NCBI GenBank assembly: GCA_965224245.1
Contig: OZ245046.1
Location: 2,720,001 to 2,784,000 of the forward strand
DNA length: 64,000 bases
DNA from: Candidatus Eiseniibacteriota bacterium
Lineage (GTDB): Bacteria > Eisenbacteria > RBG-16-71-46 > CAZAMP01
Direction: 5' to 3'
Every line of letters begins with the position of its first letter. The first letter of the stretch is position 1. Positions 9,557 to 18,083 of this stretch are shown here, piece after piece. Below the pieces are notes generated by a model that did not search any database, was not told the DNA's origin, and worked only from the letters and a program-made list of their open reading frames with translations. The translations under genes and the position numbers were made by a program.

Positions 9557-10775
9557 ATCGCAAGCACTCGATCGGGTCGAGCGTGGCCGCTCGCCGCGCC
9601 GGATAGAAGCCGAACACGATGCCGACCGTGCCGGCGACCGTGACCGCGAGGATCACCGCACGCATGGACACGACCGTACGCCAGCCGGCGTAGTGGGCGA
9701 TCGCTTCGGTGAGCCCGACGCCGAGGGCGAGGCCCAGTACGCCCCCGAGCACGCTGACCGCGACCGCCTCCACGAGGAACTGCCACATCACGTCGTGACG
9801 CGTCGCGCCCACTGCGCGGCGGATTCCGATCTCGCGCGTTCGCTCCAGGATGCTGGCCAGCATGATGTTCATGATCCCGATGCCTCCGACCAGAAGCGAG
9901 ATCCCCGCGATCGCGCCCATCACCACGTTGAAGATCCGCTGTGTGGCCTGGCGCTGGCGCAGGAGCTCCTCGGGCACGAGGATGTCGAAGTCGTCGACGT
10001 CCCGGTGGCGCCGCTCGAGCGCACGCGTGATCAGGTCGGCGGCCATCCGCACGTCGGCGTGCTCGGGCACGTTGACCACGATCCGATCGATCTCGGGGGC
10101 GTCGGCGTCGCGACCCAGGCGGTGCACGGCGTTGGACACCGGAACGTACACGTTGCGGTTGGCGTCGTTCACGTAGCCCGAGACGTCGTCGGACACCCCG
10201 CCACGTGGTGCGAGGACGCCGATCACGGTGTACCAGTTGCCCGAGATCTTGACGCTCTCTCCGACACCCCCTCCCCACGCGAAGAGGTCGCGCGCGATCG
10301 CGTTGCCCAGGACGCACACGCGACGGGTCTCGAGGATGTCGGCGTGGGCGAAGAAGCGGCCGCGCGCGATCTCGAGGTTCATCACGTCGGCGAGCTCGGG
10401 GGTGGTACCCACGATCGTCGCCGGCACGCGACGGCGTCCGGCCCGCACGTCGGCCCGCACGTCGCGCTCGGGCACCGCCACCTCGACCACGGGGCTCTCC
10501 GCGCTCAGCGACCTCGCGTCGCCCAGCGTCAGCTTGGGGGACAGCCTCGGCTCCTCGTCGGCGTCGGCGGCGGGCTCGACGTGGCGGACGAACAGGTTGC
10601 GGACCCCGAGGAGTGCGAACTGCTCGAGCGCCTCCTCCTTCGCACCTTCGCCGATGGACAGCATCGCGATCACCGACGCCACCCCGAAGATGATCCCGAG
10701 CGTGGTCAGGAGCGTGCGCAGCTTGTGGGCGCCGAGCCCGCCCGCTCCGAGTCGAGCCAGGTCCGATCGTCTCAC
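9549..10775 (-). CDS. ABC transporter permease, MacB/FtsX family
   Basis: 'HKLRTLLTTLGIIFGVASVIAMLSIGEG', 'SLLVGGIGIMNIMLASILERTREIGIRRAVGA', 'GFYPARRAATLDPIECLRYE'. GTG start overlaps the upstream stop (GTGA). Confidence 0.92.
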   Translation of the reverse strand: MRRSDLARLGAGGLGAHKLRTLLTTLGIIFGVASVIAMLSIGEGAKEEALEQFALLGVRNLFVRHVEPAADADEEPRLSPKLTLGDARSLSAESPVVEVAVPERDVRADVRAGRRRVPATIVGTTPELADVMNLEIARGRFFAHADILETRRVCVLGNAIARDLFAWGGGVGESVKISGNWYTVIGVLAPRGGVSDDVSGYVNDANRNVYVPVSNAVHRLGRDADAPEIDRIVVNVPEHADVRMAADLITRALERRHRDVDDFDILVPEELLRQRQATQRIFNVVMGAIAGISLLVGGIGIMNIMLASILERTREIGIRRAVGATRHDVMWQFLVEAVAVSVLGGVLGLALGVGLTEAIAHYAGWRTVVSMRAVILAVTVAGTVGIVFGFYPARRAATLDPIECLRYE

Positions 10776-12019
10776 CGCCTCGACTCCTTCGCGCCCGGCT
10801 CGGATGCGGCCCCGGACGACGATCCCGTCACGAGCGCCACGCGCTCGCCGGCGGAGAGTCCCTCCTCGACCACGACCGACGTCGTGTTCGTGGGGCCGAG
10901 CGTCACTGGTCGCTCGTGCCCGTCGTCGACGAGGACGACGGTGGTGCCGTCCCGATCGATGACCGCGTCGATGGGAACGTGGATCACGTCGTCCAGCGAG
11001 GAGGTCACGATTCGGCACCGTGCGCTCATCCCGGGGCGCAGACCCTCCACCGCCGTGCTGTCGACGAGCACGGTGACCTCGAAGGTCTTGACGTCGGTGT
11101 TCGGCTCACGCGACGCGAGCTTGGCCACGCGGGAGACCGCGCCGGTGAACGCGCGACCCGGCAGCGCGTCCACGGCGATGTCGACGTGCTGTCCCGCCTC
11201 CACGCGATCGACGTCGACTTCGCCCACCTTCGTGAGCACCTGCATCCGCGACAGATCCGGGAGCTGGATGAGGTCCATGCCGGACCAGGGCGCGTCGCCC
11301 ACCCGGATCTTCGTGGGCGACCCTCCGGGCCGCCACATGTTCTTGTAGACGACGAGACCGGCCACCGGCGCCGTCATCGTGTGCAGCTCGCGGTTGTGAC
11401 GCGACTCCTCGAGGTCGGACTCCGCCTGCTCGACGCGACGCTCGGCCCGCGTGATCTCGGCCAGCGCGATCGTGCTGTCGGCGCTGATCTGCTCGCGCGC
11501 CTCGATCAGCGACAGCTCGGATTGCTTCAGCTCCAGCTCCACCATGCGGCGGCGAACCTCGGCCTCGTAGGCCATGCGCTCCAACGCGATCTTCTTGTGC
11601 TCGTGCGCGTAGAGCTGCTTCTGGTACGACGCGACCAGCTCGGTGCGACGCGCCTCGGCATCCGCTCGCTGGCGTTCGAGCTCCATCCGCGCTTCCTGGA
11701 GCGACTGCTCGCGTTCTTCGATCTGGCGATCGATGTCGCTCGTGTCGAACTGGATCAGGAAGTCTCCCGCCTCGACCTCGGTGCCTTCGGGAACGAGCTC
11801 GACGATCTGTCCTCGCGACCCGCGAATCCGGGGACGGGTGACCATTCGTGCGTTGACGGCGTCCAGCTCGCCGATCGTCTCCACGTCGACCACGAACGTC
11901 CCGCGCTCGGTCGTCACCCAGATCCGCTCGGTCGCCGCGCCCGAGAAACCGCTGCGCATCACCAGCACCAGCGTCACCACGAGCACGAGAGCGAGAACGA
12001 GCAGCCGGCGACGCGTCAT
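10772..12019 (-). CDS. Efflux periplasmic adaptor (MacA/HlyD-like membrane fusion protein)
   Basis: N-terminal TM; lipoyl halves 'IVELVPEGTEVEAGDFL' and 'TAPVAGLV'; long coiled coil; 'LRPGMSA'. Confidence 0.85.
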   Translation of the reverse strand: MTRRRLLVLALVLVVTLVLVMRSGFSGAATERIWVTTERGTFVVDVETIGELDAVNARMVTRPRIRGSRGQIVELVPEGTEVEAGDFLIQFDTSDIDRQIEEREQSLQEARMELERQRADAEARRTELVASYQKQLYAHEHKKIALERMAYEAEVRRRMVELELKQSELSLIEAREQISADSTIALAEITRAERRVEQAESDLEESRHNRELHTMTAPVAGLVVYKNMWRPGGSPTKIRVGDAPWSGMDLIQLPDLSRMQVLTKVGEVDVDRVEAGQHVDIAVDALPGRAFTGAVSRVAKLASREPNTDVKTFEVTVLVDSTAVEGLRPGMSARCRIVTSSLDDVIHVPIDAVIDRDGTTVVLVDDGHERPVTLGPTNTTSVVVEEGLSAGERVALVTGSSSGAASEPGAKESRR

Positions 12020-13284
12020 CTGGTGCCTCCCGCGAGGAACCGTGCGTATCCGAGCGGCCGGAAGACGTCGTCGGACGGCGTACGGGTCACGAGCGCCGTT
12101 CGCGCGGGCAGCCCGCTCGTGATCTCGATCTCCTGATCCGTCCCGGCGCCCAGCGTCACGGCCGTGGGCTCGGGCCAGGTGTCCTCGGGGAACACGACCG
12201 GCTCACCATCGCGCTCGAACACGGCCCCTCGCGGCGCGGCCACGACGTCGACACGCTCGGACAGCACGACCTCGACGACGGCGGTCATGCCGGGCCGCAG
12301 CCGCGGATCGGTGCCGTCGATCTCGGCGGTGACCTGGAATGCGCGCACGCGCTCGTCGACCAGCGTCGGGAGCGCGAGCCCCGAGATCGCGACGATGCGG
12401 CCCTCGAACCGAGCGCTCGCATCGGCCTCCAGCCGGAGGCGCACCGGCGTGCCCGGTGCGACCTTCGGTCGATCCACCTCCGCCACGCCGAACACGACCT
12501 GCATGCGGGACAGGTCGGGAATCGACAGGAGCACCGACCCCGGGAAGACCGTGTCGCCGGGACGGGGCTCTCGAACCCCGTCCATGATCTGCATCTCCTC
12601 GTACACGACGATTCCGCTCGTGGGCGCGCGGAGCGTCAGTCCCTCGAAGTCGCGCTCCAGCCCGGAGAGCTCGCGTTCGAGCTTGGCGATGTCGAGCTCC
12701 TTGCCGCGAATCTTCAGCGCGTCGGCGACGCCGCCGGACTCCTTCTTGGATTCGGCCTCGGTCACGGCGAGCACGGCCTCGTCCACCTGGAGCCGCGCCT
12801 CTTCTCGCGCCGTCTCCGACTCGAAGCGACGGTTCTCCAGCTCGATCCTCGCCAGCTCGAGCGCCAGCTCCGCCTTCTCGACCGCATTGTCGAGGGTCTG
12901 GGCGTTCGCGGCGACGCGGGCCCGGACGCCGACCAGCTCGGCGCGCGCGTCGCTCAACGCGACGCGGGACCTGGCCAGCTCGTCGGCGAACCAGGCCGCG
13001 TCGAGACGGGCCACGACCTCGCCCGAGTCCACGCGCGTTCCCTCGGGGAGCAGCTCGACGAGCACCAGGTCGTCTCGGAAGTCGCGCGGCGCCTTGACGT
13101 CGGTGGACCGGACGGCCTCGACGTCGCCCGATTCCCGGAGCGTGACGATCAGCGTGGTCCGCCGTGACTCGGCCACCGGCAGCTCCGCGGCGTCGGAGGC
13201 GCAGCCCGCCATCGGGACGAGGCCCAGGCCGGCGGTGGCCAGGCCGGCGAGATCCCGGCGGAGTCTTTGCGGGATGGCAGCCAC
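12016..13284 (-). CDS. Second efflux periplasmic adaptor (lipoprotein-type MFP)
   Basis: Lipobox-like MAGC; 'LLPEGTRVDSGEVVARLD', 'LRAPTSGIV', 'LRPGMTA'. Confidence 0.85.
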   Translation of the reverse strand: MAAIPQRLRRDLAGLATAGLGLVPMAGCASDAAELPVAESRRTTLIVTLRESGDVEAVRSTDVKAPRDFRDDLVLVELLPEGTRVDSGEVVARLDAAWFADELARSRVALSDARAELVGVRARVAANAQTLDNAVEKAELALELARIELENRRFESETAREEARLQVDEAVLAVTEAESKKESGGVADALKIRGKELDIAKLERELSGLERDFEGLTLRAPTSGIVVYEEMQIMDGVREPRPGDTVFPGSVLLSIPDLSRMQVVFGVAEVDRPKVAPGTPVRLRLEADASARFEGRIVAISGLALPTLVDERVRAFQVTAEIDGTDPRLRPGMTAVVEVVLSERVDVVAAPRGAVFERDGEPVVFPEDTWPEPTAVTLGAGTDQEIEITSGLPARTALVTRTPSDDVFRPLGYARFLAGGTR

Positions 13285-13454
13285 GGTGCGATCGCCTCAC
13301 GATCGGTTGGGTCGACTCGCGTCACACGATCCGGCAACGAGGACGGCAGGAGTATACGCATCCCCGTCACGTGGGTAACGCGTGGAGTCCCGGCGGGTTT
13401 CGTTCCAATCGCGTCGATCGTGCCGCTCGATCGGCGATCGCGGGCGGAGACGGG

Positions 13455-14771
13455 TCAGAGAACGACGAGACGACGTGACAGCGAGCCGGCCCGAACCCAG
13501 TAGATCCCGGACGACACGCGCGACCCGGCGTCGGTCAGAAGGTCCCACACGACGCGGCGACGCTCGCGCGCCGCGGGTGGAAGGTGTCGGACGAGGCGTC
13601 CGGCCGCGTCGAAGATGCCGATCCTCTCGCCCTCGGCGAGGCCGGAGAACGCGATGCTGGCATACAGGGTGGCCGGGTTCGGGCCCACCGCGAGCATCGG
13701 GCCGGGCTCCACCGAGTCGGGCACGTCGACGGCCGCGCCGACCGGGCGCGCCAGCTGTGCGATCGTGGCCGTTCCGGCTCGCGCGATCTGGGTCCCCAGG
13801 TCCGGCGTCGTCTCCGAGAACCGGTCCCACGACCGGTGATAGGCGGCGTACTCGTCCCAGTCCAGATCGATGCAGAGGATCGCGGGCACGCCGCGATCCT
13901 GGAACGGGACGTGGTCGCTCCCGAACGAATAGTACGAGAACTGGCGCTCAAGCGTCGTGTAGGCGTCGACGGCGTCGGCCATCGCGCTCATCAGATCCGA
14001 CCAGGCCGGCTCGCCCTCGATCAGCACGCCGTAGTTGTCGTTGTAGTACGCGATCATGTCGAACGTGACCGCGGCGCGCAGATCACGTCCCGCCGCCAGC
14101 GCGTCGGCGACGTACGCGGTGCTCCCCCAGAGCCCCTGCTCCTCGCCGGAGAACAGGACGATCTCGATCGTGGACTCGAAGGCGTACTCCGCCAGCGCGG
14201 CGGCCGCGCTCAGGATGGCCGCGCTTCCGCTGCCGTTGTCCTCGGCGCCGGGCGCCAGTGTCGACGGCTGCTCGGAGATGGAATCGATGTGGCCACCGAG
14301 AACGTAGATTCGCCAGGGAGTGAGGGTTCCGGGAAGTGTCGCGACGACGTTCTCGAGCGTGTATCCGCTGCGCGTGTACTCGTGGAACGACACCGTGTAG
14401 CCCATCGCGACCAGCTGCTCGTAGGCCCAGGCCCGGGACGAGTACCCCTGGCTCGACGGTGAGTATCGCGTCTCGAGCGTCAGCGGCAGCCCGTCGACCG
14501 TGATCTCGTCCTCTCCCGAGAGCGCACGGAGCCACGTGGTGAAGCTCTCCTCGGACATCGCCTCGACGATCTCGTCCACGAGCGGGCTGAACGCGACGCG
14601 TGGGTGGACCTCGTCCAGCTCGTCGAAGACGGCCCCGGGCGGAACCTCCGTCGCGAACCGGCACCCCAGTCGTCCTCCGGCGTGATCGTCCTGGGCGGAG
14701 GCCACCGTCCAGCAGCCGATCGTGAGGGTGACGAGGACGAGCAACGGGACCGGGGCGGCGGCTCTGGACAT
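13455..14771 (-). CDS. Secreted M28 metallo-aminopeptidase with T9SS/FlgD-like C-terminal domain
   Basis: Signal peptide; 'GGHIDS', 'PGAEDNGSG', 'FSGEEQGLWGS', 'FDMI', 'SDHVPF', 'YH'; CTD 'GPNP...IFDAAGRLVR...WD...SGIYWVR...LVVL'. Confidence 0.88.
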   Translation of the reverse strand: MSRAAAPVPLLVLVTLTIGCWTVASAQDDHAGGRLGCRFATEVPPGAVFDELDEVHPRVAFSPLVDEIVEAMSEESFTTWLRALSGEDEITVDGLPLTLETRYSPSSQGYSSRAWAYEQLVAMGYTVSFHEYTRSGYTLENVVATLPGTLTPWRIYVLGGHIDSISEQPSTLAPGAEDNGSGSAAILSAAAALAEYAFESTIEIVLFSGEEQGLWGSTAYVADALAAGRDLRAAVTFDMIAYYNDNYGVLIEGEPAWSDLMSAMADAVDAYTTLERQFSYYSFGSDHVPFQDRGVPAILCIDLDWDEYAAYHRSWDRFSETTPDLGTQIARAGTATIAQLARPVGAAVDVPDSVEPGPMLAVGPNPATLYASIAFSGLAEGERIGIFDAAGRLVRHLPPAARERRRVVWDLLTDAGSRVSSGIYWVRAGSLSRRLVVL

Positions 14772-15029
14772 GTCGAACCTCCCGTCGCGTGCGCGGGGCC
14801 GGCCGCACGCGGGCATGAATGAAGCGGACGTCCGTGTTTCACAGCAGGTGATTGTACCTGGGATTCCGCGGTCGCGTCACCGCGCGGGCGTTCCGGCCCC
14901 GCGCGGCGTGTCGCGTCAGGGTCGGCGGTGTCCGGACCCGGACGTCCGCGGACGCGGCCCGGGCGACCACCGACGCCATCAACTCGATCTGGTTCAACGT
15001 CTTATGAGGTCCCGTGATCGAACGCCGTT

Positions 15030-15045
15030 TGGCACGTGACGTGCA
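15030..15045 (+). promoter_or_regulatory. Sigma54 (-24/-12) promoter with upstream IHF-like site
   Basis: TGGCACGtgacGTGCA matches TGGCACG-N4-TTGCW with exact GG-N10-GC spacing. TCAAcgtcTTA (14994-15004) matches the IHF core. Confidence 0.65.
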
Positions 15046-15174
15046 GCACCCGGGTTTCGGCATCGTGGCGACGCAATTGGGTGAACGGCGCGACGCGGTT
15101 CCTCTCCGCCGCCTCTCGCCGGGGTCTCGCCTCGGGGTCCGGCACCCCGGGACGACCACATGGGGAGGCGACCG

Positions 15175-17889
15175 ATGCAGAGGAGCCGACCGACCGTACG
15201 ACCGTCACGCCACCCCCTCCGGAGCCTCGTTCGACTCGCGGGGGTCGCTCTTCCCGTCGGGCTCGCCGCCGCGCCCGCGCACGCGTTCAACGACCGGCCG
15301 CACGCGTTCACGATCGACGATCGCGGCGCGGCCGGGCTGTACGCGCTCTACCCGCCGAACCTGTTCGCGCACACGGTCGGCCTGTTGCAGCTCCAGATCA
15401 CGAACGTCGGCATGATCGGCAACACCGAGATCGACGCCCTCAGCGCCGGGTGGCGGGGCCACGAGTACCTGTACGAGGCCGGTCTCTGGGTCGGCGCCCG
15501 ACGATCGGACGGAACACCCGCGGTGAGCACGACGGTCCACGACTGGGAGTTTCTGCCCCCGCCCGATCCCGTCTGGACCGTGTACCCGTCCTACGAGGGC
15601 GCACGTGGCGGTAACCGGCTCGGGTTCTCCTCCGCGCCCGCCCAGCAGTTCCACGACGGCACGGGCAACGTCGTCACGTCCGGGGCGAACGACGACTGGT
15701 ACGGCGGCGTGGACCATCGCATCGACGAGGACTTCCTGAACGGCTTCGACGACGATGGCGACGGGCTCGTCGACGAGGACTTCGAGGCCATCGGTCAGGA
15801 GATGCTCTCGACGCAGTACTGGGACATGTCGCCCATCGCGCAGAACGAGAGCCCCGATCACGAGCCTCTGGGGCTCCTCGTGCAGCAACGGAGCTTTGCG
15901 TGGTCGACGCCCGGCATCGACGAGTTCATCGGCTTCGACTTCACCGTGCGCAACATCGGACGCGAGACCCTGAACGACGTCTACCTCGCGTTCTACGTAG
16001 ACAGCGACGTCGGCCCGCTCACCGATCCCGGATACTGGGTCGACGACCTCGGCGGCTTCGTCCACATCGACACGACGCTGTCCGACGACGACGCCGTCGG
16101 TGGCTGCGCACGGCGTTCGATGACGCTCGACATCGCATACATGTTCGACAAGCCGGACGCCGAGATCGTGGACGGGGTTCGCGGCGGCGACGCCCCGGGG
16201 TTCTTCGGCGGCATGTTCCTCGGCCACACCACCGACCCGTTCGGAGTCGACGCGCCGCGTACGATCGGCATTCGCCGCGCGGTGTTCTTCAACAGCCGCG
16301 AGCCCTACCCCGATGGAGATCCCGTCAACGACATCGAGCGATACGACCTCATCTCGCAGAGCGGTGTCCCCACCCGCGAGACGCTCGAGGAGGGCGACTA
16401 CCGATACGTGTTCTCGGCGGGCCCGTTTCGCGTGCTCCCGCCGGACACCACGCTCACGTTCCAGACCGCGTTCGTGATCGGTGACGGACGCCGGGGGCTC
16501 GTCCGGAACGCCGTCGAGGCGAAGCGCGTGTTCGAGGGCACGTGGCGCGACGTCGACCAGAACCCCGCAACCGGCGTGGACGGCCGCGAGGTCTGCCTCC
16601 GGCCCGACGGCGACGCGGGCGTCGTGTTCTGGAGCGATCCGTGCGACACGACCTCGGGCGGTCCCCCTCAGCTGATCGACTGGCCCGGCTACTGCGCGCC
16701 CGAGCTCTACGTGGACGCCGACTGCGAGCCCTGTACGCCGACGCCGCTGGCCAGCGAGCCCGGAGCCGAGACCCGGGTCCGCTGGGTCGGCACCGTCGCG
16801 CCGGCCCCGCCGGTGACGAACACCGACGGGCTCACGGTCAGCGTGCTGTCGCCGGGATCCCAGTCCGGGGCCGTGCGTCCACCGCTCGGCGGACGCCCGC
16901 CCGCGGGCGATGGCCGCGTCGTTCTCGAGTGGGACAACCAGTCCGAGCTGCGCGCCGACCCGGTCAAGCGGCGGAACCTCTTCGAGGGCTATCGCGTCTG
17001 GCGGGTCGAGGGATGGCGCCGACCGGTCGGCTCCACCGGTCCCGCGCCCGACGACTGGCAGCTCATCGCGGAGTTTCGCCATCATCCGATCGACGCCCCC
17101 GACACCTGCTGGGTTCCCTCGCCGGTCATGGCCGGCGAGCACGTTCCCGTCGTCTTCGGCGACGCGGTGCTGGGCAACTGGGATCCGGGTCCCTCCGATC
17201 TGCTGCCCGAGGACCCGTGCGCGGCCTGTCCCGACTTCTGCTGGCCGAACCGGCACTTCCGTGTCGACGACACGCTCCTTCCGATCGAGTCCGGGATCGC
17301 GACCGGCGACACCACGGCGGGACACGAGTTCGCCGACCTCTATCCCGTCGGGCGCTACACGTTCGTCGACGACGCCTCGCTGAAGAACGGAATGGTGTAC
17401 TTCTACGACGTCACGGCATTCAGCGCCTGGGACGAGGTGATCATCCGATACACCGGCTCGGTACCCGACACGATCGTCCAGCATTTCGAGCTGGCCGGCC
17501 GACCCTCCGCGCGAGAGACACAGATGGTCGTTCCCACCTGGGGCGCCTCGGAGCGGCAGAGCGGCGTCTTCGTGGTCCCGAACCCGTTCGTCCAGAACGA
17601 CCTCTCGGTCACGCCGTGGGGATGGCAGCTGACGCCCTCCGACGCCGACCCCACCGGCACCCGGATCGCGTTCGCCGGCCTGCCCGAAGGACACAACGTG
17701 ATCACGATCTTCACGCTGGCCGGCGAGCGCGTGCAGACGATCGAGCACACCTCCTGGGGAGAGCACGGTACGGCGTTCTGGAACCTCGTCAGCCGAAACG
17801 GCCAGGACGTCACCGCCGGCGTGTACCTGTTCTCGGTGCGGACCGAGGGGCGCGGCAACCAGGTCGGGCGGTTCACGATCATTCGCTGA
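15175..17889 (+). CDS. Large secreted hypothetical protein with Asp-rich Ca-binding motif and T9SS-like C-terminal domain
   Basis: GGAGG RBS at 15164-15168; signal peptide ending AHA; 'DEDFLNGFDDDGDGLVDED'; FnIII-like 'VVLEWDN...FEGYRVWR...YTFVD...NGMVYFYDVTAF'; CTD 'VVPNPF...IFTLAGERV...WNLVSRNGQDVTAGVYLFSV...FTIIR'. Confidence 0.75.
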   Translation: MQRSRPTVRPSRHPLRSLVRLAGVALPVGLAAAPAHAFNDRPHAFTIDDRGAAGLYALYPPNLFAHTVGLLQLQITNVGMIGNTEIDALSAGWRGHEYLYEAGLWVGARRSDGTPAVSTTVHDWEFLPPPDPVWTVYPSYEGARGGNRLGFSSAPAQQFHDGTGNVVTSGANDDWYGGVDHRIDEDFLNGFDDDGDGLVDEDFEAIGQEMLSTQYWDMSPIAQNESPDHEPLGLLVQQRSFAWSTPGIDEFIGFDFTVRNIGRETLNDVYLAFYVDSDVGPLTDPGYWVDDLGGFVHIDTTLSDDDAVGGCARRSMTLDIAYMFDKPDAEIVDGVRGGDAPGFFGGMFLGHTTDPFGVDAPRTIGIRRAVFFNSREPYPDGDPVNDIERYDLISQSGVPTRETLEEGDYRYVFSAGPFRVLPPDTTLTFQTAFVIGDGRRGLVRNAVEAKRVFEGTWRDVDQNPATGVDGREVCLRPDGDAGVVFWSDPCDTTSGGPPQLIDWPGYCAPELYVDADCEPCTPTPLASEPGAETRVRWVGTVAPAPPVTNTDGLTVSVLSPGSQSGAVRPPLGGRPPAGDGRVVLEWDNQSELRADPVKRRNLFEGYRVWRVEGWRRPVGSTGPAPDDWQLIAEFRHHPIDAPDTCWVPSPVMAGEHVPVVFGDAVLGNWDPGPSDLLPEDPCAACPDFCWPNRHFRVDDTLLPIESGIATGDTTAGHEFADLYPVGRYTFVDDASLKNGMVYFYDVTAFSAWDEVIIRYTGSVPDTIVQHFELAGRPSARETQMVVPTWGASERQSGVFVVPNPFVQNDLSVTPWGWQLTPSDADPTGTRIAFAGLPEGHNVITIFTLAGERVQTIEHTSWGEHGTAFWNLVSRNGQDVTAGVYLFSVRTEGRGNQVGRFTIIR

Positions 17890-18083
17890 CCCGACTCTCG
17901 GTCCCGGGGTCCCGACCGCCGCGGGGGGTCGACCTCGCACGCCGCGTGCGGGCGGAAAGAAAAACGCAACCGGCCCGTGACGGCGTCCTCGACGACGCGC
18001 TACGGTTCGACGCCCGTGTCGCGGACCGGATGGGGCCCCATCCGCGCGCACGGAGCGTGACGTCGACTCATCGGGAGCCTCGA

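Noticed and set aside
13410-13425. Minus-strand CGGCACGATCGACGCG as a sigma54 promoter for the exporter operon
   Set aside because: Spacing is correct but the -12 element is poor (ACGC), and a TATACT -10 nearer the gene is an equally good explanation; too weak to call.
16542-18083. N-terminal 514 aa of the 1148-aa ORF, suggesting a giant fusion protein
   Set aside because: It mostly overlaps the real 15175-17889 gene in another frame; coding character begins only at ATG 18084.
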